From assembly GCF_000143415.4 (NCBI RefSeq), contig NW_003314263.1, positions 3,947,018-4,011,017 of the forward strand: a stretch of DNA of 64,000 nt, in the 5' to 3' direction. The notes under the pieces are model-generated. The model had not been told where the DNA came from, did no database searches, and worked only from the letters and a program-made list of their open reading frames with translations. The position numbers were made by a program, and so were the translations under genes. Position 1 is the stretch's first letter. The number at the start of each line of letters is the position of its first letter. Source of the stretch: Selaginella moellendorffii. Taxonomy: Eukaryota; Plantae; Lycopodiophyta. Of this stretch, positions 12,284 to 23,339 are shown one piece after another.

Positions 12284-13272
12284 CTACTCGGACTCAGTAC
12301 CCGATGGCTCAGAATCACCATCGTCGTCGTCATCTTCATCTCCGGTATCAGAACTTGGATCTTGATCTTCGCCTTGCTCATCCTTTCGTGGTGTTTTAGG
12401 CAGCGATTTAGACGAGCCTTTCTCCATCTAGCCCGACACAAGTTTGAGAGGTGATGCGAATTAAACGAGATTATCATACCGCTCGGAGTAAGGTTCGCTT
12501 GTCTCGCTCACGAAGGTTACCGAGTGCCTGTAGAGAACTCGAGCTTTAAATCGAGTAAAGTTTCGTTCACTACTGACCTGTTCGAGTTGCTTTCGTTCAT
12601 TCGCTTCCTCTTCAGCGTTCCTGTCGATCGCGCGAGCAAAACTATCAATCGAAGTATCAAGATCTTAGCTACCTTCCAACAACGGGGAGATTGGACTGGC
12701 AGCATTTCGCGCAAGCGTTCTTCTCTTTCGCGCAGGCTGTCAAGGAAAGTTGGAAAGAGAAAACCAAAAGAATCGATGGAACCTGAGCAAAACTTGTGAT
12801 AAGCTTGGCGAATTACTCGCTTCCCACATTGTTGGCTGTGATTCTTGCAAGTTCACCAGTAAAACAATCAAGAAAAAGTTTCGCGAGAAAGGAGTACATA
12901 CCATTTGGCGGGCTCGACTAAAGCCTTATACTTCCCATATCTAGAAGCTCGAAACAACCAAAGAACAAAGAATGAGAAGGAGGAATGCAATTCCCACAAA
13001 GATTACCTGCGACGCCATTCGATCTTGTCCTTGCAGCGCGCGCAAACTCCAGTGATCGCGGGGTATGGATGCATCTTGCCTCCAAGCTCCTGTTCGATCG
13101 CTCTAGAAACGAGACGGAGAAACACAAACAAACCTTGTCGTTCTTCTTCACTCCTTTGTTGGGTTTCCACGCAGTCCTGACAGAGAATCGTGAGCTTTAA
13201 ACCTCAAAAATCTCTCACTCACGTATTCTGGTGCTTGGGCGGGCCTCTCCGCGACGCTGCTCCACTCGACAT
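12284..13272 (-). CDS. DUF2039 (C9orf85-like) Cys-rich protein, multi-exon
   Basis: Spliced by hand: MSSGAASRRGPPKHQN, TAWKPNKGVK, GVCARCKDKIEWRRR, YGKYKALVEPAKC, QQCGKRVIRQAYHKFC, ACAKEKNACAKC, LRERDKRTLLR, then an acidic tail ending TAG. Confidence 0.85.
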
Positions 13273-13318
13273 TGGCGCTGGAGTTCTAGACTAGGGTTTA
13301 TGCCTAGTTGGCAACACA

Positions 13319-13406
13319 TCAGATTTAGGGCTAACGTGGCGCCAAAAGGTCGGGATTACGTCAGTAGCAGACGTGGCACTCGAGTCAGATTTAGGGCAAA
13401 CGTGGC
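13319..13406. promoter_or_regulatory. Duplicated 22-bp promoter module with telo-box-like TTTAGGG and ACGTGGC (ABRE/G-box-like) motifs
   Basis: TCAGATTTAGGGCTAACGTGGC (13319-13340) and TCAGATTTAGGGCAAACGTGGC (13385-13406), with a third ACGTGGC at 13371, in the 150-bp gap upstream of the DUF2039 gene. Confidence 0.45.
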
Positions 13407-13424
13407 TCTTGTTTAACCGGACTT

Positions 13425-15458
13425 CTAGTAGGAAGTAGTGTGCTCCACCGCGTTTCTAAAATTTACGCTCCCAACGCCATAGCTCGTAGCTCCACCGCTA
13501 CCTCCGCCATACACTCCTCTCCCCGGCGACGCCACAAATCTCCTCGTCTCGTCCAGGATCTTCTTCTGATCGACCAAGCCACTCCGATCGAAGCTCCTCA
13601 GAACAATCCCGCTGCTGGACGTGTTCTCGCCGGAAGAGTTCGTCCCTGTCACCGATGGCGCTGCTCCAAATCCAGTGGAAGCGGCGCTGGTCGAAGCGGC
13701 AGCGATGGAAGAAGCCTGCGGTCGCTCCTCCATCTTCACTTGGTCTCTCTTCCTGTTCATGAAGAACCACGCTAGAGCCAGCACCGCCGTCGTGAAGAAC
13801 ACCGGCATTCCCCAAAACTTTGCGCCGATCTCTCCCGGCCTGTGCACTGGGAGGTTGGATCGAAACATCCCAACGTAGCCTTCTCCGAATCCCAGCACAA
13901 CCAACTTGTCCCTGTCGCACACCACCAGCGGCTGTCTCGCCGTCGCTACCGGAGTGCTGAGAAACGTCTGCGAGATCTCGTCGATGGAAGCCGTGAAGAG
14001 CGAGCGGCTACTTCCTCCTCCTCCCACTCGAGAGTTTCCAAACCCCGAGTGGAGCGTCGTGTTGTAGACTGCTACTTCCCGCGGCGTGACGATGAGAATG
14101 TAGCCTTTGAGACCGTGGAGCCTCACCGGTCCCTGGAGATCGAGTTTCCTCTTCACCCTTGCATGGCAGTCGAAGTGGAGAGTATCCCCGGAGAGTGTCA
14201 CGTAGATCAGATTGCCATTCTCCGTCACCCCGTAAGCCTTCGATCGTCCGGAAGCATCGAAGGCGTAAGCCACCAAGCTCGAGTTGCGGAGGCCTTCGCA
14301 CGGGCTGCTTCGCACCGTCATGGTTCGAAGATCCAGAGACGCTGCCCCGGAGGCCGTGAGAAAGAGCAGCCTTTGAGTGCTCGAGGTTCGCAAGAACGCC
14401 AGAGGCCTGCTGGGCGACTCGGCCGTCCCGTAGAGAGTCCCATTGTCTCGGAAAACCTGGATCTTCCCACTCGCGTCGGCCACCAGCAAGTATCTCATCC
14501 TGCCGACTCTATACATCTCCAGCGTATGGAGTATAGGACTTGCTTCGCCACCACCACCCCGAGTGAAAGGATCCACGAACGTGTGACTGAATTCCACTCT
14601 CAAGCTCGTCCAGTCCTCCACCGACGAAGATCCTCTATGAACGCTCTCCCACACCCGGTACGCTAGAACAGCCCCGTTGGAGTAGCCCGTGACGAGCATC
14701 GTCTCGTTTCTTCGCAGGATCACTGAGATCATCGTGGTGACTGGAGCTGTGTAGGGGCTGGAGTGATCCACCAGCAAATCGCCCAGCGAGCTAAAGATGT
14801 AGAGATGCCCGGCCTCGTCCCCGACCGCCACGTACTTGCCCATCCCATCCTCGCCCTCGTGAGGAAGAATGTGGAGCGACGACAATGGCGCTTCCAGGTG
14901 GACCGCCGAGAGGAATTGGAAGTGATCCGACCAGGCAGGCTTGTATCGCGCCACGACGCGGACCTTGGCTGGGGCCGTGATCGTCATCGCGGCCGTGCCC
15001 TGGATCGACGAAGAAGAAGTACCTTGCTGTGGACTAGAATCTGGCGATGGCGTGATGATCTTGATCGGCTCCTCCTCCTGCGATTTTTCGGCGCCGCGAT
15101 CGACGAAATCTCGATCTTGAGGGTCTGGAGCAGCGAAATTTCTCCTCGCAGGGACGGTATCGTCCAGAGCTCGGACCAAGTCAGCCAATCTATCCACCAG
15201 ATCTCTCAGTCGATCGAGCTGCTCACTGTTGCCGCGGATGAGATTCTCGAGCTCGCCGTGCTGCTGCTGCTCGGATCTCCCTACCTTGTTGCCGCCGTCA
15301 TCGATCAATCCTCCTACAGCTCCGCCTGAGCCTCTCTCGGGACACATCGCCGCCCCCAATCCATCGCAGAGAGATTGATCCTCGCTGCATCTCGCGGCAA
15401 TCAGACCGAGAAGCATGACACAGAATGCCGCTCTCCACATGGATCCATCCTCGCTCAT
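13425..15458 (-). CDS. Uncharacterised membrane protein, At1g75140-like (signal peptide, coiled coil, beta-propeller-like region, one TM helix)
   Basis: 677-aa intronless ORF; YKPAWSDHFQFLSAV, KYVAVGDEAGHLYIF and TM segment PVFFTTAVLALAWFF. Confidence 0.75.
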   Translation of the reverse strand: MSEDGSMWRAAFCVMLLGLIAARCSEDQSLCDGLGAAMCPERGSGGAVGGLIDDGGNKVGRSEQQQHGELENLIRGNSEQLDRLRDLVDRLADLVRALDDTVPARRNFAAPDPQDRDFVDRGAEKSQEEEPIKIITPSPDSSPQQGTSSSSIQGTAAMTITAPAKVRVVARYKPAWSDHFQFLSAVHLEAPLSSLHILPHEGEDGMGKYVAVGDEAGHLYIFSSLGDLLVDHSSPYTAPVTTMISVILRRNETMLVTGYSNGAVLAYRVWESVHRGSSSVEDWTSLRVEFSHTFVDPFTRGGGGEASPILHTLEMYRVGRMRYLLVADASGKIQVFRDNGTLYGTAESPSRPLAFLRTSSTQRLLFLTASGAASLDLRTMTVRSSPCEGLRNSSLVAYAFDASGRSKAYGVTENGNLIYVTLSGDTLHFDCHARVKRKLDLQGPVRLHGLKGYILIVTPREVAVYNTTLHSGFGNSRVGGGGSSRSLFTASIDEISQTFLSTPVATARQPLVVCDRDKLVVLGFGEGYVGMFRSNLPVHRPGEIGAKFWGMPVFFTTAVLALAWFFMNRKRDQVKMEERPQASSIAAASTSAASTGFGAAPSVTGTNSSGENTSSSGIVLRSFDRSGLVDQKKILDETRRFVASPGRGVYGGGSGGATSYGVGSVNFRNAVEHTTSY

Positions 15459-15853
15459 CGCTTCTCTTCACCATACCCCGAGAATTTCTTCCTATAAACC
15501 CTAAAATCTCCCCAGGCTTTACAGTAAAGTGGAAATATTTTGGGCCACATGGCCAAATGGTTTTCCCAAAAACCTAGCAGCGTCTAGGGTGTCGGCGGCC
15601 GAGGATTGGGAGCTGGATTGCAAGCAAGGCGCCAGCGAATCGACACTGGAAGTGAGTGGATTGCTTGATTTTGGCGAGGAAATCTCGCGTTGCGACGTCT
15701 TTTCTCGAGATTCTGGCATGGTGTAGGAATTCTTCTCGTCGCGGCTCTTAGCTCAGATTTCCGGGAGAAGCAGGCACATTTTAGTTCGTGTACAGATCTA
15801 GAGGATCCCCGGGCTTGGTGTACAGTACCAGTGGCACAGATTTGTACAAAACC

Positions 15854-18475
15854 ATGGACAGGATAGGTGATAGAAAGGTTGTAAATGAGAGGAGGATCGA
15901 GGAGGAACAACAGGATTTAGGATCGTTTCCTGCAAATGGTATCTCTTCCTTTCGTTCTTTTGGTTTTTGGGATTGTCTAAACGTGGTTTCTTGCTTGCAG
16001 ATGGCCGCTTTGATGCCTCCCAGTACGCGTTTTTTGGACGAGACGTGACTCAAGATGTTGAGCTTGGAGGATTAGACGATGACGATGACGAAGACATTGG
16101 TCATCTTCATGAGATTGAGGATGATGTTTACTCGTCCACTGCCAGTAGAGCAGAGGTAAAGGGCGAGAGTTTTTTTTTTCGGGTTTCGATAGTGTGCTAT
16201 TGATTTTTCTTGTTGCAGATAGGAGCGTTCGATGTCTCATCTGAAGTGGAGGACGTTGGCGAACTTACGAGCTCCTTTTTGAAGGTATTAGCTTGGTGTG
16301 TCGATGCTATTTGATCGAGCTTGTCTCCTGTCTGTTGCAGCTAAATGCGATTGATTCTGGCGACAGATTTCGAAGTCAACTGGATGAGGTTGGAATTACG
16401 GAAAAAGATGGTGAGGCTAGTTACTGTCCCTCCACTTTTGTCTAACAATGCTCGCTTCTGCAGTTCACGACTTTCCCGTCGATGTGACTTGGGCCGGAAA
16501 CGAGTACGAGAGGAATCAGTGGGCTCAGTCGAGACAAAGCTCACAGCAAACAATAGCAGAGTTGCAGCAGAGGACAGAAGAGCTCTATCAAAGAGCCAGA
16601 ACTTCGGATTCTTCGCAGCAAACCATAGATGATCTGCAACAGCGGGCAGAAGAAATCTATCAAAGGATCAGGTCTTCTTCTGATTCGGGGCAGCAGCAGC
16701 AACAATGGTGGCGTGACGGTGGCTCTATTCAGCCTCCTGGTTACAATCTGCCCAAGTCTCACGGCTGGCCTGGACAAGCTCCAGCTTCGTCCTCAGGACC
16801 GGTTGTAAATAGTGCGTTCAAGTCCCAGCAGTTTACGAATCCTCAAATGGCACAGGCAATGATGGGTCCGTGGTTACAGTCGAACGTGGCACCGATTCCT
16901 CCAGGCGCTGTTCGACACCCTCTGCCTCAACAAAATCCTCTCATGCCGTCCCAAGTGGTGCTACAGCAGTATCAAAGGTCACAGGGATATCCAGCGCCGC
17001 CTTCCTTTGCTCAGATCCAACAGCAGCAGCAGCAGCAACAACAGCAGGCAATGAGCATGTCCCAAAAGTCGGACTTAGCAGGCTTGGGGGATTTCAGAGA
17101 TCCCAGGGGAAGGCAGCAGACTCCTCGGGGCTCTCCAGATAGCTCGTATGGTTCCAGGAAAAGCTTGGACTCTTCACCTCAGATGCGATCCAAGTATATG
17201 ACGACGGACGAGATCGACACCATTGTGAGGATTCAATGGGCTGCAACGCACGGAAGTGATCCATACATTGACGACTACTACCACCAGGCAATGCAGTCGA
17301 AACAGGCGGGTGGTACGCCGCACGGAAGACGGCATTTCGCTCCTTCTCATTTGCGGGAGCTCCCGTCCCACGCACGAACAGCAGCAGAGCCGCATGCCTT
17401 TCTCCAGGTTGACGCGCTAGGGAGGATTCCTTTCTCGTCGATTCGCAGGCCACGACCATTGCTCGACGTAGACGGCGTCAACAGCACGGGTGACAGACTA
17501 TTGTCATCCGACAGTGCTTCAAGTCAGAGACGCTTGGAGCAGGAGCCGATGTTAGCCGCAAGGATTGCTGTGGAGGACGGGCTGTGCCTGCTCTTGGACG
17601 TCGACGACATCGACCGCATGCTGGCCGTCTCTCAGCATCCCGACGGTGGTGGCCAGTTGCGGCGACGCAGACAAATGCTGCTGGAAGGACTGGCAGCCTC
17701 GCTTCAGCTGGTCGATCCTTTGGCTCCAGGCAGTGCGATGAGAGACTCGAGCGGACGGTTTGGACTGGCTGCCAAGGATGATCTGGTGTTCCTGCGGTTG
17801 GTCTCGCTCCCCAAAGGCAGGAAGCTCCTCACCAGATATCTACGACTGCTCGTCCCGGGAAGCGAGCTCGTTCGCATCGTCCTCATGGCAGTTTTCCGGC
17901 ATTTGAGGTTCTTATTCGGCGGCGTCCAGTCCGATCCAAGCGCTGCGGCTTCGTCCACTGGTCTCGCGAATGCAGTCGCCGCCACCATCAAAACCATGGA
18001 CTTGCCATCTCTCAGCGCCTGCCTCGCAGCGGTGGTCTTGGCATCGGAGCCGCCACCTTTGAGACCGGTAGGAAGCCCGTCCGGCGATGGAGCCACGGTG
18101 GCTCTCCAGGCAGTGCTGGACCGAGCTACGAGCATCCTGACGGACAGGAACGTCCAGTACCCGCTCCAGAACACGAGCGTGTGGCAGGCTTCGTTCGACG
18201 CCTTCTTCGGCCTGCTGTCCAAGTACTGCACCAACAAGTACGAGAGTATAATGCACTCGCTGCTCATGGCGTCGGCCGGGAGCTCGGCGGCCATCAACGC
18301 GGCGGCGGCGGCGGCCATGACTCGCGAGATGCCGATCGAGCTGCTGCGCTCCAGTCTGCCGCACACCAACGAGAACCAGCGCAAGAGGCTGCTGGAGCTC
18401 GCGCAGAGGTCGCTGGTGATGGGAGTGGGCGTTGGCGATGGGCATGTCAGTGCCGCCGCGGCGGTGAGAGGCTGA
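15854..18475 (+). CDS. PAT1: mRNA decapping activator PAT1 homolog, multi-exon
   Basis: FDASQYAFFG...VELGGL N-terminus, SKYMTTDEID...DPYIDDYYHQA, VDALGRIPFSSIRRPRPLL, LEQEPMLAARIAVEDGL and REMPIELLRSSLPHT. Confidence 0.92.
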
Positions 18476-20090
18476 GGTATGGTCGATCTCTTCCTTGGTT
18501 TCCTTGATAGCATTGCGCACTAATGCCTTGGCGTTCTTTTTTGCTAGAAAACCATGCACCAGGTGCAAATAAAATGTGTCATTACTCGTTTTAAACACTT
18601 GCTGGCACTGATGTGATCTTGCACGAACAATGTGAATATTTCGGACCGCAGAGCTGGTGGCTGATGTCTGATGTGGACTTCCAGAATACTGAATTTGGCT
18701 CCACTCCGCTTGAAGCTCAGTATAAACTAGCGGTAAGCCTCAACTTAGACAAGTAGGCCTGTGTATAACATGTGGTACATTGTAAGTGGTGTCATGGACA
18801 AAGGGAGATACGATTGTGTACATGGATTGAAATCATTCAGCTCGTTGTGCAGGGCCGATTTCAAGCGCTGATGTGAAGGTTGCGCCTTAAGACGAGATGG
18901 AGACGTATAGCAGCTTGTGTTACTTCGAGAGTCATGGAAGCAAATGAGTGATCACGATCACAATTCCAAAATTTTGATACAGATGGTATTTCCATATTTT
19001 GATAAATAAGATATATTCAGTCCCGTATTAACTATCGCTTCACATTTCCACCCAAAACAGTCGTTTCCTCCCTTAGCAGCGTAGCAGCGTAGCAGCAGAA
19101 AGTTTCGTTTCCTTATTCAGCAGCGAAGTATCTCGATACTGCGTCAGAAACTGCGCGTTCATTTCTTGCTACAACCGGCTTGGACGCTTCGTCGAGTGCG
19201 TCTCCACGAGCCACCGCTCGCAGCATTGCTTGCGCTAAACCAAGGGCCCGGGTAGGATATATAGGAGATGGACCAAACGCAGGTGTTTACTGCGCTGGTT
19301 AGAGCCACTTAACAAATTGACCGACGTCCAGAGCCTGCACGAGAGTGCAACTATGAACAAGGAGCTGGACATATACAACAACTAGTTTCCAGATTTTCCT
19401 GCTATATGTTCCTGGATGTGATTACACAGACGCAATGCCAGTGAGCCATGACATTGGCAAGGACATGGTAGGCTATCTCGGGGACGTGTTGGTGAGAGCC
19501 GAGGGTCAGGCTGATGCCAGAACATCTTGCGGATATCCATCATGTGGATCTCATTCTTGGGATGCCATGGTTGGTGAAGGTGGATCTGGAGATAGTGATC
19601 TATAGTGTGAGTTTTGTTTTTGCAGCTTTAGATCACAAGTATGGTTACAGCGAGGAATCAGAACCTTGTTTCGACTTCCTCCAGTTTGCCAGGCCGAAAC
19701 GAATCTGTTTGCTGGCTTGCCCGACCGCCCCAGAGTGCGAGAAGAGTCGCGACGAACAAGGAACTGGATAAGTTCAAGGTGCATGGATTTGGCAACATTT
19801 ACTTGGAGGGTTTGCTATCAGTTTCTATTTGTCTGTTGGTATTGCATCGATGTCCTCGCCTCCACCTAGGTAATCACAGTTAGAAGAGAACCTGAGATAA
19901 GCCAGCGAGGGTGTGGTAAGCTATCTCGACGACGTGGTTAAACATGGAGATCGAAAGACGTTGCTCCCTTTTTTGTGATAGTGAGACGAAAGCCGATCTT
20001 CAAATTACGTTGGAAGTGAATTGATTTTACACGTTTTATGCACGAAACGGACTAGATCAAAGCGCAGGAAGAATGTTGTCTTCGTCGTTT

Positions 20091-23000
20091 TTACAGAGGA
20101 AACTCCGCTTGCAATGTTTCCAAGTCACGCTTGTCACAGGCGTCGAGAAGATCTGTCCTGGTGGCACTGGCACAACAACGAAGGTCGACACCAATCGCGT
20201 GAGATCAAAGCGCTGCAAACCCGAGGATAGAATAGACACGAACCTGAGTGACATTCTAAGGTACTGCCAAGCGTTGTCGGCTTTGGGATTCATGCACAAG
20301 GCTCGGACGTAGTAGCGAATGGATTCCTGGTACTGGGCCTGCACAAGATTTGTCTCTTTATCTATCATCTAGAAAAGAAGATAAAAAGTTACTTGATTCG
20401 CGTAGCCAATTCCCATGTTAGACCACGCGCGCACATAGTTTGGCTTTAGATTTAGCGCCTGGAAAATTTCCAATGAGTTAGAAAAGAATGCACAAGCAGC
20501 AGAGAGAAACTATCACCTCTTGGTAGGCATATATCGCGTCGGAGCTTCGTGCGCTGTTGGCCTGCGTAGCTCCCAGCTTGTTCCACAGGGAATAATCACG
20601 GGGTTTTAGCTTGAGAGCTGTCTCGAAGGACTGTATCGCGTTGGAGTATTCCCGAGAGAGGTTGTAGAGAACACCCAAGACGGTGTGGACGTCACCATCT
20701 TCTGGTGCCATTGCTGCTGCCTCGTTAAACAATCGGGCAACCTGAAGGATTTCAAAGAGTTTGGGGTTACAGTTCAATTGCAAAAACTTACGTCCGATTG
20801 CGTGAGACTTTCGGCATTCTCTTGAGGCACAAGTATTCCATACTTTGGATGGTGTTGAAGCCAGCCTCTTAGATATCTCAAGGCTTCAGGCTGCTCCAAT
20901 TCTAAAAGAAAATCAACACTATAAGAACGAGGGCAGCTGAGGTTACGTTACCATTAGTATGACTAACGCCAAGAGCTAACAAAACCTCCAGATTGGTGGG
21001 GTCTGCGTCTCTTGCTCGAACCATCGATGCGATTGCCTAGCAAAGAGAAATAGAGGTTCACAACAAAATTAAAAGGAAATAAAAATAAAAGACTCACCTG
21101 ACGATCGTCATCATTTTCAGCATGAGTAATCCCTAGCAATCGCCATCCCTCGGCATTCTCTGGATTTTTTATCACTTCCGCTTCCAGAGCAAGCACAGCT
21201 TCGCTGAGCAGGCCCTTCCTGAACAGCTCTTGGCCTTCCTTGAGGGGATTCGGGTGGCCGACATATGGGTTCTGGTCAGCAAAAACGTATGTCCACTTTG
21301 AGGACGCGGAACGACTTTGTTCCCCTCTAAGTTGTTCCTCCACGAACCTGGAAAACAGCGTTAGCTCTACAAAAAGGACGACATTTAGCCTTACTTATCG
21401 TAACTTTCTTGCCAGTCCTCTGACACGAACGCACCATCATCCACCTGCTCTTGAAACTCGTCGGCCCACTTTTGCGTCCTGTTGGAAAATTCTTCGGCCC
21501 AGGCCCCACCAGGTTCTTGTTGAGCAAACTCGTCAGCCCAGCTGTTTGCGTTGGCGTGCTACATTTTCTACGATCAGCCTCTCGAAAACAAAACGTATAA
21601 AGAAAAAATAAAACCTCGCCAGCAGTGAACTCTGCAGCCCAGTTTCCCGGATGGTTTACTTGTGTGAACTCTTGAGCCCAGGCATTGGGAACAGCGTTCT
21701 CCTTCACTTGATTGTCTTCTACAATCAATTCACCGCGACTCATTCGCGACACAAAGTGCAAAAACTTTGAATTCTGTAAGACATGATTTTCAGTGCCAGA
21801 AAGATGCAAGAATAAAAGCTTACTTGGAACTTTGGATCTTCATTTTTAGACAGCGTGTCCACAAGAGACTGAGTTTGTTCTAAAGAGCTGACGTTTCTGA
21901 AATCAGCGTGCCTAGCAGGCAGAGACTGCTGCTGCTGAAAATTCGAAGAACAAATGTTACAAAACAAAAACAAAAAAACATCGAGAGAAAGATACCACCT
22001 CACTGAACTGCGCCGCCCAGCCGTCAGCATCATGTTGTGATTGAAACTCTTCAGCCCAGTAATTCTTCTGAGGATATTGTTGATGGAAATCTTGCACCCA
22101 TTCCTCATGTTTACCATGGTTGGTGTTGCCCCAATAATTTTCCATCTCAGAAAACGCTCTATTGGAAGGTTCTCGAACTTCTCGAACGCCATCTTCTATA
22201 TCCAAAGATTCCAAGAAAGCATTAACCTGAAAATAAATATTAGAACTATGAGCTATGAGAGCAAAGAATTCAGAGCTTATATGTACCTGCGCATTGACAT
22301 ACTCTTCCCCTTTATCGGCAAAGAAATGCCTAGCCATGATACTACTACGATCGCGAATGCGTTGCTTGTCGAATCCTGACAATCCGAGCTCAGGCAGGCG
22401 AACAGCATGAAAAGGAAGTTCTGTTCTGCTGCTAGCGAAAAATGAACGAAGGAAACCAGATAGAGCATGCTGCGGAGGTCCTGTGATTTACAAGCACAAA
22501 TTAAAACAAAGCTCGCAAAAGAAAAAAAAACGCGAACCTTACCATCCATGTAATGTAGCTGCTGAACGTTTCCTCCCGGTTTCTGGCCATAGATTCGTTC
22601 GAATTCTGAAAACCTCGACAAGTCTTCTCCCCTTTGCGTAGCTTCGTTCCAAGCATCAGCGTAAGGAGCCGGTTCGGCATCACGAAACCCGCGCATGAAC
22701 TCTGAATGCTGCAACTGAAAACTCAGCAAAGCTCCAGATTGAAAATTTTCCACCTGAGTTTCATTCTGAAACTCCGTTCCCGGAAGTGATGCAGCGGAGC
22801 TGCTCCCATACTCCAATTGCTGTCCAGGGCCTTGGAAAGTTGGAATGGTTGGAAGCTCACGTACTCTTTCCTGAAAAGAAAGGCTTTTAGAGGACAGCAC
22901 TCCAACTAAACATACAAGAATGTGGCCTATTTCCTCTCTCGATTCTCTTCTTTCTTCCTAAACTTTGCTCTAGCATTAGAAGTGAATATCGATTCTACGA

Positions 23001-23128
23001 ACCTGAGCTTTTGGCAGCGATCCCAGCAAGGAGCTGGCGAAATTGGCCAGAGGATTCGAAGAGGACGAGGCGCCCTCGCCTGGGACGACGCATCCTCCAG
23101 CTCCAGTCACCAAATCGCGCAGCGCCAT
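20091..23128 (-). CDS. PEX5: Peroxisomal targeting signal 1 receptor PEX5, multi-exon
   Basis: MALRDLVTGAGGC N-terminus, WxxxF repeats (WAQEF, WAAEF, WAEEF), SKFLHFVSRMSRGE and TPR region (NPYVGHPNPLKEGQ, AENDDDRQ, LWNKLGATQAN). Confidence 0.95.
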
Positions 23129-23339
23129 CGCTCCCACCCCAGCGCCCTATCAATCTATGATAGAACCCTAAAAAAAAATTTCACCTCTATCAAATAATTG
23201 ACCCTAGGCCTAGGTTCATGGAAGGAAGCTTCATGGAGAAATCTGGATCTCACGAAATTTTCTCTCTCTGTAGCCTTGACTTCCACAGAGGAGGCAAGAA
23301 ATCCCTAGTTTCACGACATTGGCGCTGGGACTGGCGGGC

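Noticed and set aside
13440-15329. Long opposite-strand ORFs over GC-rich genes (also 17704-18598)
   Set aside because: Shadow ORFs of real coding regions with no recognisable motifs.
18600-20050. Possible gene between PAT1 and PEX5
   Set aside because: Only short ORFs with no recognisable motif or consistent exon chain.
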